Positions 14,408-26,983 of a stretch of DNA of 64,000 bases are shown here, piece after piece. Under the pieces are notes generated by a model. That model had not been told where the DNA came from. It worked only from the letters and a program-made list of their open reading frames with translations, and did no database searches. Position numbers and translations under genes: made by a program. Every line of letters starts with the position of its first letter. Position 1 is the stretch's first letter. Origin of the DNA: the human T2T-CHM13v2.0 reference genome, Homo sapiens; assembly GCA_009914755.4 (NCBI GenBank), contig CP068257.2:25344001-25408000 (forward strand). The letters run 5' to 3'.

Positions 14408-14789
14408 CACCTAACAGTTTATACAAATTGAAAGCTCACACAGACTTTACTTTCAAGTAGAGATGATCCTAATGAAAATATAAGGGTCAAGTTTTCTTTG
14501 TATTATCCTTTCTATCTGTTGCCACAGCCCCTGATCCTGACAGTACCTTCTTAGTTCAGCCCTTCCTGGTGCTTAAGCATGACACTTAGGTGTAATGATG
14601 TTTTTCAGGATGAAAAGTGTTATTAGTTCTATCCTCTCTTTGGCTTGCAAACTGGTAAACCTGATAAAGAAATGTGCTCCAGAAACATTTTAACTGTGGC
14701 TTTTTTATTTATTAGTTTTTTTGAGGATAATGTCCTTACCTTGTTTGCTAATTTTCTGGTGGTTTTCACACACTAAGCCATGACAGGCT

Positions 14790-15420
14790 TAAATTACTTC
14801 AGCCACCATGGAAAGCAGTCTGGATATTCCTCAAAAAACTTGAAACTACCATTTGACCCAGCAATCCCATTATTGAATATATACTCAAAGGAGTACAAAT
14901 CATTCTACCAGAAAGACATATGCATATGTACGTTCATTGCACCATTATTTACATTAGCAAAAACATGGAATCAATCTAGGTGCCCATCAATGGTAGACTG
15001 GATAAAGAAAATGTGGTGCATATACACCATGGAACACTATGCAGTCGTAAAAATAATGAGATCATATCCTTTGCAGCAACATGACTGGAGCTTGATGCCA
15101 TTATCCTTAGAAAACTGATGCAGGAACAGAAAATGAAATACTGAATATTTTTACTTGTAAGTGGGAGCTAAACATTGAGTCCATATGGACAAAAAGAAAG
15201 GAACAATAAACACAGGCCTACTTGAAAGGGGATGGTGGGAGGGGAGTGAGGATTGAAAAACTACCTATTAGGTATTATGCTGATTACCTGGGTGACAAAA
15301 TTGTCTGCACACCAAATCCCCGTGACATGCAATTCACCGCTGTAACAAACCTGCACACGTACCCCTTGAGCCTAAAATAAAAAATGAAAATAAAAACATA
15401 AATTATAAAAGAAGAAAGTT
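14790..15420 (+). mobile_element. LINE-1 3' end (ORF2 C-terminus plus 3'UTR, L1PA-like), 5'-truncated
   Basis: 'ccatttgacccagcaatcccattattgaatatatactcaaaggagtacaaatcattctaccagaaagacatatgca...gcaaaaacatggaatcaatctaggtgcccatcaatggtagactggataaagaaaatgtggtgcatatacaccatggaacactatgcagtcgtaaaaataatgag...ggggatggtgggaggggagtgaggattgaaaaactacctattaggtatt...acaaacctgcacacgtacccc', ending in an A-rich tail. The 112-aa ORF at 14780-15118 is the L1 ORF2 remnant. Confidence 0.85.
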
Positions 15421-15425
15421 ATTTA

Positions 15426-15729
<304 letters not shown>

Positions 15730-15817
15730 GTTATTTAAAGAACCAAAATGATGAAGATGCAGATCACATTTTTGTGTTTTACTATGAAGATGCAAATACA
15801 GCAAACACTATGACCAA

Positions 15818-16035
15818 TAACTGCCATTTATGAAGCACCTGCTGTCTGCCAGACATTTTAGGTGCAATATAATATTCAGCTGTAACAATAACCCTAAGAA
15901 ACAACTACTATTATCCTCATTATACATTTAACTCAACTGATGTTCAGAAATGTACATCATTTGTCCATAGCCAAGTAGTAATTAACAGAACTGCTGTTAG
16001 ACCCTGATTACTTGAGATGCTAGAATGAGGCCTCT
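15818..16035 (-). mobile_element. MIR SINE relic (minus strand)
   Basis: 'ttatgaagcacctgctgtctgccagacattttaggtgc...aaccctaagaaacaactactattatcctcattatacatttaactcaactgatgttcagaaatgtacatcatttgtccatagccaagtagtaa'. This parallels the reverse complement of the MIR consensus 'ttatgaagcacctactatgtgccaggcactgtgctaggc...aaccctatgaggtaggtactattattatccccattttacagatgaggaaactgaggc...gcccaaggtcacacagctagtaagtgg'. Confidence 0.55.
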
Positions 16036-17003
16036 TCTTTCACTGCCCTGTGGCCTCCCAGCTAAGTGAGATGAACTCAGGCTGGGGCATGTTTTCAGAA
16101 TGTGGTTTCTCGGGAGGTTTTTGCTCCAAATATTCTTTCACCAATGATTATGATGCTTGAAATTTCTCCAAAGGACATTTATTTCTCTGAGTCAGAAGGG
16201 ATTTTAGTTCATGTAGACTCTTAAACTAAAATACAAATGCACTTGAGGTTAAAATGAAGTTTAATTAGGTAACAACTTAACAATTACTGATGAATGGCTG
16301 GCCAGAGCTTCTGTGACATAGGAGAAAAAAGTCCACTGAAGGGATAAATGAGAGCAATCATAAAATTTGCCACTTTTACTTCTTAGAAATCTTGCCATTT
16401 TGGTTGCTTCTGACCTTGCTATGCAGTTTTCAAAACATCGGACTCGAAGAACAAAACATTTTGCTGAAGTGGAGTGATTTGTAACATTTGCATTTTAGAA
16501 GAGCAGTTGGGTATTCCCTTTGATGGAGTCTCTTAGAAGTGGTGGAAAGTAGGCCTTAGGAAATGGTCAATGGTTATCAGATGGCACTGGCTTATAAAAC
16601 CACAGGGCTCTGGGAATCTGCTCTATCTCTAACTCCAACTTATGGACAAGCACGTTAGTGGTCTGGGAGTTCTAGCAAAGGCCATGATTATTTTAAAAGG
16701 AATAGACTTGTTACAGTTTTTGGGGTCATGGATACATATGATTCTATGTGTCTGTGTGTATACTCTGTGTGTTTGAAATTTGAACTGAATGGTTTTCTTT
16801 ACAACATTTCTGAATACACCGACAAAATAGAAAAGGAATGAAAATATTAATTACTTTTTTGAATAATTGCATCTAAAGTGATAATCTTACCTCAAACATA
16901 GTTATTTCAAAGAGGCAGTTTCCTTAATATCAAATTCTTCTATATGTAGATATTCACTATACATGAGACTCAATAAATTGTTTTTCAAGTGAATTATTAG
17001 CCT

Positions 17004-17360
17004 TGCATTAGTTTGTTCTCATGCTGCTAATAAAGACATACTTGAGACTGGGTAATTTATAAAGAAAAAGAGGCTTAATGGACTCCCTGTTCCACATGGC
17101 TGGGGAGACCTCACAATCATTGTGGAAGGTGAAGGGGACGCAAGACATGTCTTACATGGCAGCAAGCAAGAGAGCTTGTGCAGGGGAACTCCCATTTATA
17201 AAACCATCAGATCAAGGTGAGACTTATTCACTACCAGGAGAACAGTATGGGGGAAACCACCCCCCTGATTCAATTATCTCTACCTGGCCCTGCCCTTGAC
17301 ATGTGAGGATTATTACAATTCAAGGTGTGGTTTGGGTGGGGACACAGCCAAACCTTATCA
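17004..17360 (-). mobile_element. MaLR LTR, THE1/MST family (minus strand); lies inside arm A of the inverted duplication
   Basis: 'tgcattagtttgttctcatgctgctaataaagacatacttgagactgggtaatttataaagaaaaagaggcttaatggactccctgttccacatggctggggagacctcacaatcattgtggaaggtgaagg...ggtgtggtttgggtggggacacagccaaaccttatca'. The 73-aa ORF at 17078-17299 is LTR-derived. Confidence 0.85.
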
Positions 17361-17552
17361 AGCCTCCATGATAGATGGTGACATATGCTTTCACCAGTAG
17401 CAAAACACATTAGAAAAGAATCAGATTATAGAACTAAACTTCTTTAATAACAGCGACTTTTTAGTTTGAATTGAGAGAATTCTCAACTGATGGACTTTAA
17501 TTAAAATATTCAGAAATATGACTTTTGGAAATATCTCGATTAGGGTAAAATC
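17054..17552. repeat. Arm A of a ~500-bp inverted segmental duplication (partner at 22181-22701)
   Basis: Reverse complement of 22181-22701 aligns over the whole interval at about 97-98% identity. The alignment includes ~190 bp of non-LTR sequence (17361-17552) beyond the LTR end. The two 73-aa ORF translations (17078-17299 + and 22436-22657 -) differ at only 4 residues. Confidence 0.9.
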
Positions 17553-17559
17553 ATAACTT

Positions 17560-18400
17560 TTAAAAAATATTTTGGAATACTTCCAAACTTACAGAAAAGT
17601 TACAAAAATAGGACAATATTTTTACCCTTAACCGTTTTTCAGGAAATAATTGTTTGATGCCCTTCACCTCTGAATACTCTAGTGTATAATTTCAACAAAG
17701 AAATTACCCAACATAACCATGATATAACCGTCCAAATCAGAAAATTAACACTGATAACATGACTGCCACCTTCTCCTCAGATCTCATTGAGGGTTTTCCA
17801 GTTGTCTTCAGAAAATGTCCTTGATAGCAAAAGAAACCATTCCAGGATTATGTATTATATTAATTTCATGTCTCTTTAATCTTCTTCAATCTGAGAGTTT
17901 CTCAGTCTTTCCTTCACTTTCATGACCTTGATGCATTGAAGATTATGGAACATATATTTTGTTCTGTCACTGCCTCTCCACCCGCCAAGTTTGGGTTTGC
18001 CTAACGTTTTCTTCCTGATTAGATTCGGATTTTGTGTATTAGCAGAAATATCATAGAAAGGGTACTTTGTTTTTGTTAGTGCATTCTATCAGAAGTTATG
18101 TGGTTTCAATTTGTCTCATTACTGGTGATGTTAACTTTGATCACTTGATTAACATGATTTCTGTCAAGTTTCTTCACTATAAAATTACACTTTTTTTGTA
18201 ATTAATACTTTTTCTGTAGGGAGGTACTTTAAAACTAGGTAACTATTCTATTCTTCATCAGTTTCTGCTGTGACTATTTCTCCCACTACATTAAAAATTT
18301 ATTATGACTGGCTTATTGGAAAGCTATTGATTTTATGTGTTTACCTTGTACTTAAGTGTGTTTCTAAACATTTATAAGTTCCAATAGATTTTTAAAAAAC
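17560..18400. repeat. Unclassified old interspersed-repeat fragment (possibly LINE-derived)
   Basis: '...cattactggtgatgttaactttgatcacttgattaacatgatttctgtcaagtttcttcactataaaattacac' and neighbouring text resemble a dispersed repeat I have seen but cannot name. Confidence 0.25.
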
Positions 18401-20195
18401 AATTCCCATGAATTTTCTGTAGTAAATTATTTGCCAGTATAGTATGTAAGTCTTTTTATTTCCTTCCCTTATTTTATTGTCATGCCCAAGAATTCTAGTA
18501 AAATGTTAAATTTCTGGCTTAAATGAAAGTGCTTCTGAATTTTCTCCATTAATTACTGTTTTTAAGATGAACTTTTTACAGATGTATAATCAAATAGGTC
18601 TAGATTTCTAAGAAGACCGTTTTGTTTTATAAATCAAGAATGGCTATGTAAATTAGTAAATAATTTTTGGCAACTGTTGAATTGATAATATCTTTTTCCT
18701 TCAAATTTTAATATAGTAACTTAAATTGACATATTTTCTAAAATAAAAAGGACCTTATTCTTGGAACAAACTCTAGATAGTTATAATATATTTTTAATGT
18801 ACAGCTGGATTAAATCTGCTAATATTGTCATAGGATTTTCAAAACTTTATTCACAGGTGGTAGAGTCCTGTACTTGATTGTGTGTGTATGAGTGTGTCTA
18901 TGTGAGTGAGTATGCACTTTATTCTTATTTGCTTGTATGATCTTTCTTTGTTATAATTCTTATTAATTATAAGAATTCTTATTAATTATAACTAATTTCA
19001 GGGCTACCCTTGCATTAACCTCTTTCAAGTCCTGTTATCTAATTTTGTATTCGTAAGTGTGTATTCTCTTCTCTAAAAAAGATATTCCATGATTATGTAA
19101 ACAATGGATTCCAAAAGCTTGGATCACTCTTTGAGTTGAGCATATTAATGTTTGTCAACACAAGGAAATTCTAACCATAGAAATAGCCATATTGGTTTCA
19201 ACTCTGGGGACATGGAAGATGCAATCATCATGCTTCAGTGGAGCTTCTCAGCTCTAACTTCCAGTACCTACCTACTCAATAGGCGGATATGGGACAGGAA
19301 TTAGCCATGAGATAGCAGTTTATATGGTAGAAGGTGGATTGCTATGAGATTCTTGCATCTTATTTTGATAGATCTTTCTTGTTAAATCGTTGTTGATTAT
19401 ATCACAATAAATTAAATTATAGAACTGATTGTACTGCATGAACTCAAAATTTTGTCGATCCTAGAAAATGGGTTATAGATTTGATGAGTTTCCTTCCTTT
19501 TGCTATAAGCTCCATGATGGGCTCTCCATGATGGCAAGGACTGTATCTTGTTCGCTGTCTCTATTAGAATGTGAAACACATACTAAATAATCAGTGATTA
19601 TTTGAATGATTCTTGAATAAGGTTTTCCCAGAACAAATAACATTGTTTGTTTGGAATACATTACAAACTCAATACACGGTAAAGTGTGGACAAGCGTCAG
19701 GAAGAGTTTATGTCTTGTAAAGCTGCTTAATGACTGCTAAAGATAAGTTTTGCTTGGAATTTCTGGATTAATATGTTTAGATAATAAAATATTTTTATTT
19801 ATTTTAAAAATTATTAGGTCTGTCTTACAATGATAAAGTCATCGCATCTTAGCAGCTTTGATTCAGAGATAGGAAGCAACCAGGCAAAAAAGTTTTGACA
19901 TAATATAAGAACAAGAAACTTAAAAAGGAAAAAGAAATATTAAAAAATATAAGAACTCTAATTCAATTTATATTTAAATTTTGTAATCTAAAATATAAAA
20001 ATTAAGAATATATAATCCATGGCTCAAATAATACCCATCTGGGCTTCAATATATTCCACGAATCAAATTTAGATATTGTTTGTCTTGAGCAGAGCGTTTT
20101 TTCACCAGAATACCTTTTTTAGTTGAAAAAGCAAAGGCAAATGAAAACTATAGAAGTTCTAATTGCTAATAAAGAAATGCCATCTGAAAATTACA

Positions 20196-20545
20196 GATAA
20201 TTTTATTTTAAAATTTTATTTCAATAGTTTTGGGGGTACAGGTGGTGTTTGGGTACATGGATACATTCTTTAATGGTGATTTCTAAGATTTTGGTGTACC
20301 CGTCACCGGAGCAGGGTCCACTGTACCCAATATGTAGGTTTTCATCCCTCACCCCCCTCCCACTCCTCCTCAGTGAGTCCCCAGAGTCCATTATATCATT
20401 CTTATGCCGTTGCATCCTCATAGCTTAGCTCCCCCTTATAAGTGAGAACATGCAATATTTGGTTTTCCATTCCTGAGTTACTTAAAATAATGGTGTCTAG
20501 CTCCACCCAAGTTGCCACAAAAGATATTATTTTTAGATGTGTTGG
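20196..20545 (-). mobile_element. LINE-1 3'-end fragment (~350 bp, L1P-type), minus strand
   Basis: Antisense L1 3' region: 'cctcacccccctcccactcctcctcagtgagtccccagagtccattatatcattcttatgccgttgcatcctcatagcttagctcccccttataagtgagaacatgcaatatttggttttccattcctgagttac'. The T-rich tail-equivalent lies at the left end. Confidence 0.8.
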
Positions 20546-22180
20546 AATGATTTGATTATTACTCTATAAAACAATGACCTGTCCCTTTGGTACAAGTCTT
20601 TAGCATACTTGCAGCCTTATAAAATATAATCAGATGATAGTAAGCCTTTTCTTTAATGAATTTGTCCTCACTCTACCCTTTTTCTCTTAGAGTATTTAAC
20701 ATAAAATAAAACTGATTATTTTTTCTCATACAATATTTAGCATAAAATAAAACATTATTAAACCATGTTTATGGCAGCCTTGTTTGATATCTCATTTTTT
20801 CTTAATTAAAAATTTTATGGCTCTCTGAATCACTTAGAATGAATTTTCTGAAGAGAAACATCAAGAACTTACATCTCATTTCTGTTGCTTTTTCAGGAAA
20901 TCTCATTTTTAGAATCTGTTTTATTACCACTGTTGTTTACCAGACCACAGAAATATCTCCTTTGACTGTCTAAAATCCATCTGCACAAATTATTTACCAA
21001 TCATCCTTTTAATGTGTCTGTGTGTTTCTTGAAGCTAGAGATAATGCTTTTTAGTCCTTTAAGCCATACCCTAATAGAGTAAGGCTTAAAGCAATGCATA
21101 AGAAATAGCAATACACAAGTAATATTAGTCTCTTTATTCACTCCCCACTATCATCTACTTCCTGAAAGCAGACTTTTGCTTCAATATATTCTAGCTGTCA
21201 AACATTATGGCACATTTTTCTGTTTCTGCCTCATTAGAATCACTAGGAGAGATTCTTTGCAGTAATTATCACACAAACTTCTCATCTTTATTAGGTGTTA
21301 TCTTCTGGCTCATTTGGCAGGAAGATTTGAGGAGCAAATACCCATAAACTTCACGATCACCTACAGGCTATAAGGAATGAGATTGCATATACAGGCTGGA
21401 TTTTAAGTTGATAATGTTTCATACTTTACTTGGAAACATAGTCCTGAAGCGTTGCATATTGGAAAGGATATTAATGTTATATTAATATTAGAGATGTCAT
21501 GAATTTAACTCGTATATCTGCTATTTACTGGTTTTCTTTGATTCTGGGATAGTTACCTTAATTTTCTCATTTGTAAAAGTCTACAACATAGGATAGCAAG
21601 GCATAATATTTTGGGGTGATGAAATGAGGTGCTCTATTTAAAAGAATATTTCTTACACAGACTTATAAAGAAAGATATATTGTATCATCAGTGATATTAA
21701 TTCATGGGACTCCAGTTTGGTGGCCCATGCCATATGATTGTAGACAGTATTACACAAAATGTTAACAACTAAACATCGCTTACCCTAGGAGAAAGATTTT
21801 TTAAGAACTCTATTACATTTTGTTCCATTTTAAGTTTTTTTTATGACTAAGAATGGTGTGTATCTTCTTTTATTATCTTTCAAATAAAAGATCCTAGAGA
21901 AGAATTTTAAAACGTACCATCAACCCAAGGGAAAAAGTACAGGTAGAAAACAGCCAAAACTGTCTAATGTGATCTATTTTGCAAACAGTATGGTAGTGGA
22001 TCCAAAATAGAATATTAAACCACACCACATAATCAGGATGGCAGTATGCTGCCTTATCTTATACTTTTAAAGAAAAAACAGTAAATGATGGTGGCTAAGC
22101 AGTAGAGTGGGGAAAATAGGATTCCAAAAAAACACGGTAGCATCTGGCATTGTGTTTAAACTAAAAAAATCAAAAACTAA

Positions 22181-22701
22181 GGTTTTACCCTAATCAAGAT
22201 ATTTCCAAAACAGTCATATTTCTGAATATTTTAATTAAAGTCCATCAGTTGAGAATTCTCTCAATTCAAACTAAAAAGTCACTGTTATTAAAGAAGTTTA
22301 GTTCTATAATCTGATTCTTTTCTAATGTGTTTTGCTACTGGTGAAAGCATATGTCACCATCTATCATGGAGGCTTGATAAGGTTTGGCTGTGTCCCCACC
22401 CAAACCACACCTTGAATTGTAATAATCCTCACATGTCAAGGGCAGGGCCAGGTAGAGATAATTGAATCATGGGGGTGGTTTCCCCCATACTGTTCTCCTG
22501 GTAGTGAATAAGTCTCACCTTGATCTGATGGTTTTATAAATGGGAGTTCCCCTGCACAAGCTCTCTTGCTTGCTGCCATGTAAGACATGTCTTGCTTCCC
22601 CTTCACCGTCCACAATGATTGTGAGGCCTCCCCAGCCATGTGGAACAGGGAGTCCATTAAGCCTCTTTTTCTTTATAAATTACCCAGTCTTATGTATGTC
22701 T
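22181..22701. repeat. Arm B of the inverted segmental duplication (partner at 17054-17552)
   Basis: See arm A. Arm B ends inside the LTR (truncated relative to arm A), so the duplication breakpoint is not an LTR boundary. Confidence 0.9.
22375..22701 (+). mobile_element. MaLR LTR, THE1/MST family (plus strand, 3'-truncated copy inside arm B)
   Basis: 'tgataaggtttggctgtgtccccacccaaaccacaccttgaattgtaataatcctcacatgtcaagggcagggccaggtagagataattgaatcatgggggtgg...ccagccatgtggaacagggagtccattaagcctctttttctttataaattacccagtct'. Confidence 0.85.
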
Positions 22702-24149
22702 TCATATGGGAGATTTTAAGGACAGCTTGTGGTAAATATTCTCTCAGGTAAGAACTTTGCAATACTTGTACATTGTGAGTAACGTGAGAAAATAAGAAAG
22801 GAGAACATTAAATATGAGGTATACTTACTGCTTGGATTATGTTTCCTGTTTGTGTTACTACATTTCAACCATAACATAATTCAACATTTAGATTTCACAT
22901 CTTATTTGTTTCTCTTGCTTTGTAAAAACAAAACATTTAAATTATTGTCATATATATGTCATACATATACATATTCAGACCATTTTGCAAATAAAATGGA
23001 AAATCAAGACAAATAATAAAACATTTATGTCAAAAAGTCTCAATCTCACAGTGACCTGAATTCCTAAAAGAATTAGCAAACCCAAAACCTGGTTCTGAAA
23101 TTTTGGTAAATTTCTCCAACCTCTCTTATGCCTTAGTGTTCCCATATTTAAATAGGAATATTAATATGAATATTATTATTCTGTAGGATTTTTGTGATTA
23201 TTTCAAAGGGTCCATTTATTAATTAAACTTGAGAAGCACTGGTCAAAGGTCCTCTGTTTCTATTAAATAGGGCCATTCAGTAATAATCTGTGTTCACTGT
23301 GGGGAGCAATTGCTGTTGATGTCCCCTGGTTCCCATCATACTTGTCTCCCCAGTCCCGCTCATGTCCCTGTATACCAAATGGCCAGAACCTGCATACCAA
23401 TGCCCAAGAGCTTTGCCCTGATGCTGGAGCCCCTTTAATGGCCACTGAAGACCAGGACTGTGGCTTTCAAAAAATGCTTTTGTTTGTAAATACCATAGCC
23501 CTCTTACCCTCATGTATGATAACTATAGAACTTGTGTTCTACATTGAATCCCAGAGTTTCTCTAATGGAGTTAGTCTGTAGTCTCTAGTGCCACTAGTAG
23601 TAGACACCTTTTATTAGCTGCCTTCTTTTTTTTAAATCTCACTCCCAACCTCCCTACCTGGCCTCTTTAACTTCCAAAATAAATGATTTGTATGGTATAC
23701 AAATTCTTGTCTCAGGGTCTGCTTTTGGGAAGCCCAAACCAAAACACCCTATTCTCAGGGTACTTTAACTTTACCATTTCCCAAAATAGTATACAAGATT
23801 TATGTAATTTTGATGTCCCTTTTATCTATTTAATCTGCTATGGAGAGGTATCAAAAATGTTCTTGGTCACACAATGATAGATGTCTTTGTGTCAATCTGC
23901 ATAGCACTGAATTCTTGTGGGTGGGCACCACCAGTCACAAAATATGAAAACCATAGGAAGGAGATGCTCTTGCCAAATGAGATCCCTAAGGGAAAATATT
24001 TTAAAAATTTGAGCCAATGATCACATTGTAAATATATGAGGACTTGGTATACCAGAAAGCTGGCTCTATAAATCAATAGTTTAAAAAGCAGATTGTTTAA
24101 TACATGCTATTGAGGAAACTACTTCCTCTATGGAAGAAAATAAAACTTT

Positions 24150-24530
24150 AGATGGATTAAAGAACTAAATATGAAAAGTACAAAACTATAAAATTGTTAG
24201 ATAAAAGTATAAGAAATTATCTTTTTGACATAAAGTTAAAAACAAGTTGCCAGAATAGGAAAAATATTGAGATAGCTAAAATTGAGAAGAGGGGAACAAA
24301 ACCTAAATAAAGTGCATGAAAATCAATAATTAAACGTAGAAAATGGGTAGTATCTAGGAATAGGAAAGTTAAAGAAGAGGAAACTTTAAAATCTTAGAAT
24401 CATATAATAAAATACATTGAATATTTAATGCCAGGGAAATGCAAATTAAAATGACGTATACATTTGTATATCTAAGACTGAAAAAAATTTACAAATCCAG
24501 CTAATGTCAAATGTTGGTGTGATCATAAAG
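24150..24530 (+). mobile_element. Old LINE-1 (L1M-type) ORF2 fragment
   Basis: 'gattaaagaactaaatatgaaaagtacaaaactataaaattgttagataaaagtataagaaattatctttttgac...aatgccagggaaatgcaaattaaaatgacgtatac' parallels L1M ORF2 '...aaaatgtaaaaggtaaaactataaaacttttagaagaaaacataggagaaaatcttt...attagggaaatgcaaattaaaaccacaatgag'. Confidence 0.4.
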
Positions 24531-25929
24531 TCTATCTGTTTGGATGGGCAAGCATTAGCTATGAAGACGAATAACACAAAAACCTTGGTGGCTAAATACA
24601 CTGAAGGTTTATTTATTGTTCATCCCACATGTAAATTACAGTGTTATAGTCCCCCACTCATGCACGCAGAAACCCAGGCTCATATATCACAACCAATTGA
24701 ACATTGTTGATCATCATGCAGGTGGGAAAAGGAAAGCTCTCTGAGCTGAAAATGGGGGGAGTTAGTTGTGGGGAACTGGGGCTTTGTATAAGCAAATAAA
24801 TGATGCGTGTAACTTCTGCCCACAATTCACTGGTCAGAAGTATCCATAGGTTTCCAACTACATGGAATGAAAGGAACCCTCAAGCATTTCTGGTAGAAGT
24901 GAAGGCTGCTTTGACCCATTTTTGCAGGGCAATATAGCAATACTTAGTCAAGTTAAGAATATTTGTACACTGTGTTCCATTTTCTTCTTAGTGACTTTAA
25001 AACATCTCTCTGTTAGACTGCTCTCAGCTAAAGGTGCTGCAAGACTCTCAGTTTTGTGTCCTAGAGTATCCTTCATTGCATTAGACTCTCTTAGCATTTG
25101 GAAAGATATCAATATATTGGAACTATCAATACCACTGAAGCAAGATACTTACGCCCTCCTCGGTCTTTCTTACAGATCAAAACTTGTTTCTGTCACAGTT
25201 AACTTTTTTAAAGATGCCAGATTTTTAACTTGTAAACAAAAATTCAAAGCTAAGCATATTTTTCATATAGATGTTTCCCAATAATACATGATGAGCAGTG
25301 ATGTCAAGCTACCTATTTTTAGTTTAATAATTGGATTTTCTTGCTCACCTGGAAGGACAGTCTTCACGGGGACAGAGAACTCGCTGTCACCCAGCCTGTC
25401 TGTGTCCTTGTTGCTATTTTTGAGACTTAATGGATTTCTCCCCTTTCTCTTCATCTGCATGATGCTCATCCACTCCGGTCCATTTGAATCTCAACCTAGT
25501 GTGCCTCTTGAAGAATGGTTTGCTTAAATTGCTATGGCAAAAAACAAAGCATAAGGGGGAAACTGTTTCTAGAATGAATCTTCTCCATTCATATTTCTGA
25601 GCAGTATTTGTTCAAAGCCTTAAGGATATAATCCAAGCCAAAAATAATGCATCTGAGGCCGCTGGCCCACAGATGCTCAGCAAGCCCTTGAAATGCACTT
25701 TTGTGGAGTCTTTTCCTCTTGTTAGAACTAATCCTTTTGGAATGTCAGATTGTCCCCAAGACTGATAATTAAACATGAAAAATTAGGCTTTGGGGAAGTC
25801 ATGAAAATTAGAGCCAACAAGCCTTGACTTCTTTCTTACTGTTCTGTACCTAGAAGAAGAATAGTTTATTCCCTTTAATATCTAAAATGTCCTGATTATG
25901 AACGTTTCTTTTCTGACTGTTTCCAATTT

Positions 25930-26050
25930 ACCTGTCAGTTCACCAGAACTGGAGACACTTAAAGCTTGTTTTACAGTGTGTTGCTAGCACCCAGAAGAGT
26001 CCCTAACATATAATATAAGCTCAATAAATACATGTTTATTGAACGAGTAA
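25930..26050 (+). mobile_element. Possible MIR 3'-end relic
   Basis: 'cacccagaagagtccctaacatataatataagctcaataaatacatgtttattgaacgagtaaataaat' versus MIR '...gcctggcacatagtaagcgctcaataaatgttggttatt'. Confidence 0.4.
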
Positions 26051-26220
26051 ATAAATTACAGGTCTGGTTTCATGGAAAAAAATGAAAATGCATTGGAGAT
26101 GTGTCTTCAAAACATAAATAAGTAACGTAAATGGAGAAACTTGCAATTTAAGAGACTAGAAGCAATATCAAATGATGAATCAAGTATTTGTTACCCACAA
26201 GAAACTATTGGTCAGTTTTA

Positions 26221-26664
26221 TGGGTTGAATTTTGTCCCTCAATAAAATTCGTATGTTGAAGTTTTAACCTCCAGTGTCCCTGAATGTGACCTTATGTGGA
26301 AATAAGGTTATTGCAGATGTAATTAGTTAAGATGGGGTTATACCAGACTAAGGTGGTCCTCCAATCCAATTTGACTAATGTCCTTAAAAAAAAGGGAAAT
26401 TTGGATACAGACAGGCACAAAGTGAGAATGCCATTTGAAAACTGGAGATATGCTGCCATAGTCAAGGGAGGTCAGAGATTGCCAGCAAACCACAAGACCT
26501 TACAGAAAAGACCTCAGCCATTTTCCATGGTAAGCAGAAGAAACCAACTCTGCCAACATCCTGATTTTGGGCTTCTAGCCTCTAAAACTGTGGGGCAACA
26601 TATTTCTCTTCTTTAAGGTACCCAGTTTGTGGTTCTTTTTATGGCAGCCCTGGCAAACCAATAC
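26221..26664 (+). mobile_element. MaLR LTR, MLT1-type (plus strand)
   Basis: Starts 'tgggttgaattttgtccctcaataaaattcgtatgttgaagttttaacctccagtgtccctgaatgtgaccttatgtggaaataaggttattgcagatgtaattagttaagatgg'. Ends '...gcttctagcctctaaaactgtggggcaacatatttctcttctttaaggtacccagtttgtggttctttttatggcagccctggcaaaccaataca'. This matches the MLT1 architecture, including the '...ccagaactgtgagaaataaatttctgttgtttaagccacccagtct...taataca' end. Confidence 0.7.
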
Positions 26665-26702
26665 AGTTAGTAATGGTGATATTGTTTTAAAAAGTTAATA
26701 GA

Positions 26703-26983
26703 GGGTTGGGCACATGGTTCAGTCCTGTAATCCCAGCACTTTGGGAGACTGAGGTGGGCAGATTGCTTGAGTGCAGGAGTTCAAGACCAGCCTGGTCAAC
26801 ATGGTGAAACCCCATCTCTACAAAAAATATAAAAATTAGCCGGGCATGGTGACACATGCCTCTAGTCCCCGCTACTTGGGAGGCAGAGATGAGAGGATCG
26901 CTTGAGCCTGGGAGTGAGCTAAGATCACACCACCACACTCTAGCCTGGGTGACAGGGCGAGACTCTGTCTCAAAAAAAAAAAA
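26703..26983 (+). mobile_element. Alu SINE, plus strand
   Basis: 'gggttgggcacatggttcagtcctgtaatcccagcactttgggagactgaggtgggcagattgcttgagtgcaggagttcaagaccagcctggtcaacatggtgaaaccccatctctac...ctagcctgggtgacagggcgagactctgtctcaaaaaaaaaaaaaaaaaaaaaa'. Confidence 0.95.

Noticed and set aside
14780-15118. 112-aa ORF with clear similarity to a known protein
   Set aside because: It is the C-terminal remnant of LINE-1 ORF2 ('...WNQSRCPSMVDWIKKMWCIYTMEHYAVVKI...') in a 5'-truncated L1. It belongs to the mobile element, not to a host gene.
17078-17299. Pair of nearly identical 73-aa ORFs (17078-17299 plus strand and 22436-22657 minus strand)
   Set aside because: Both lie entirely within THE1/MST LTR copies in the two arms of the inverted duplication. 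Their identity reflects the duplication, not a conserved gene. They are useful only as evidence for the duplication.
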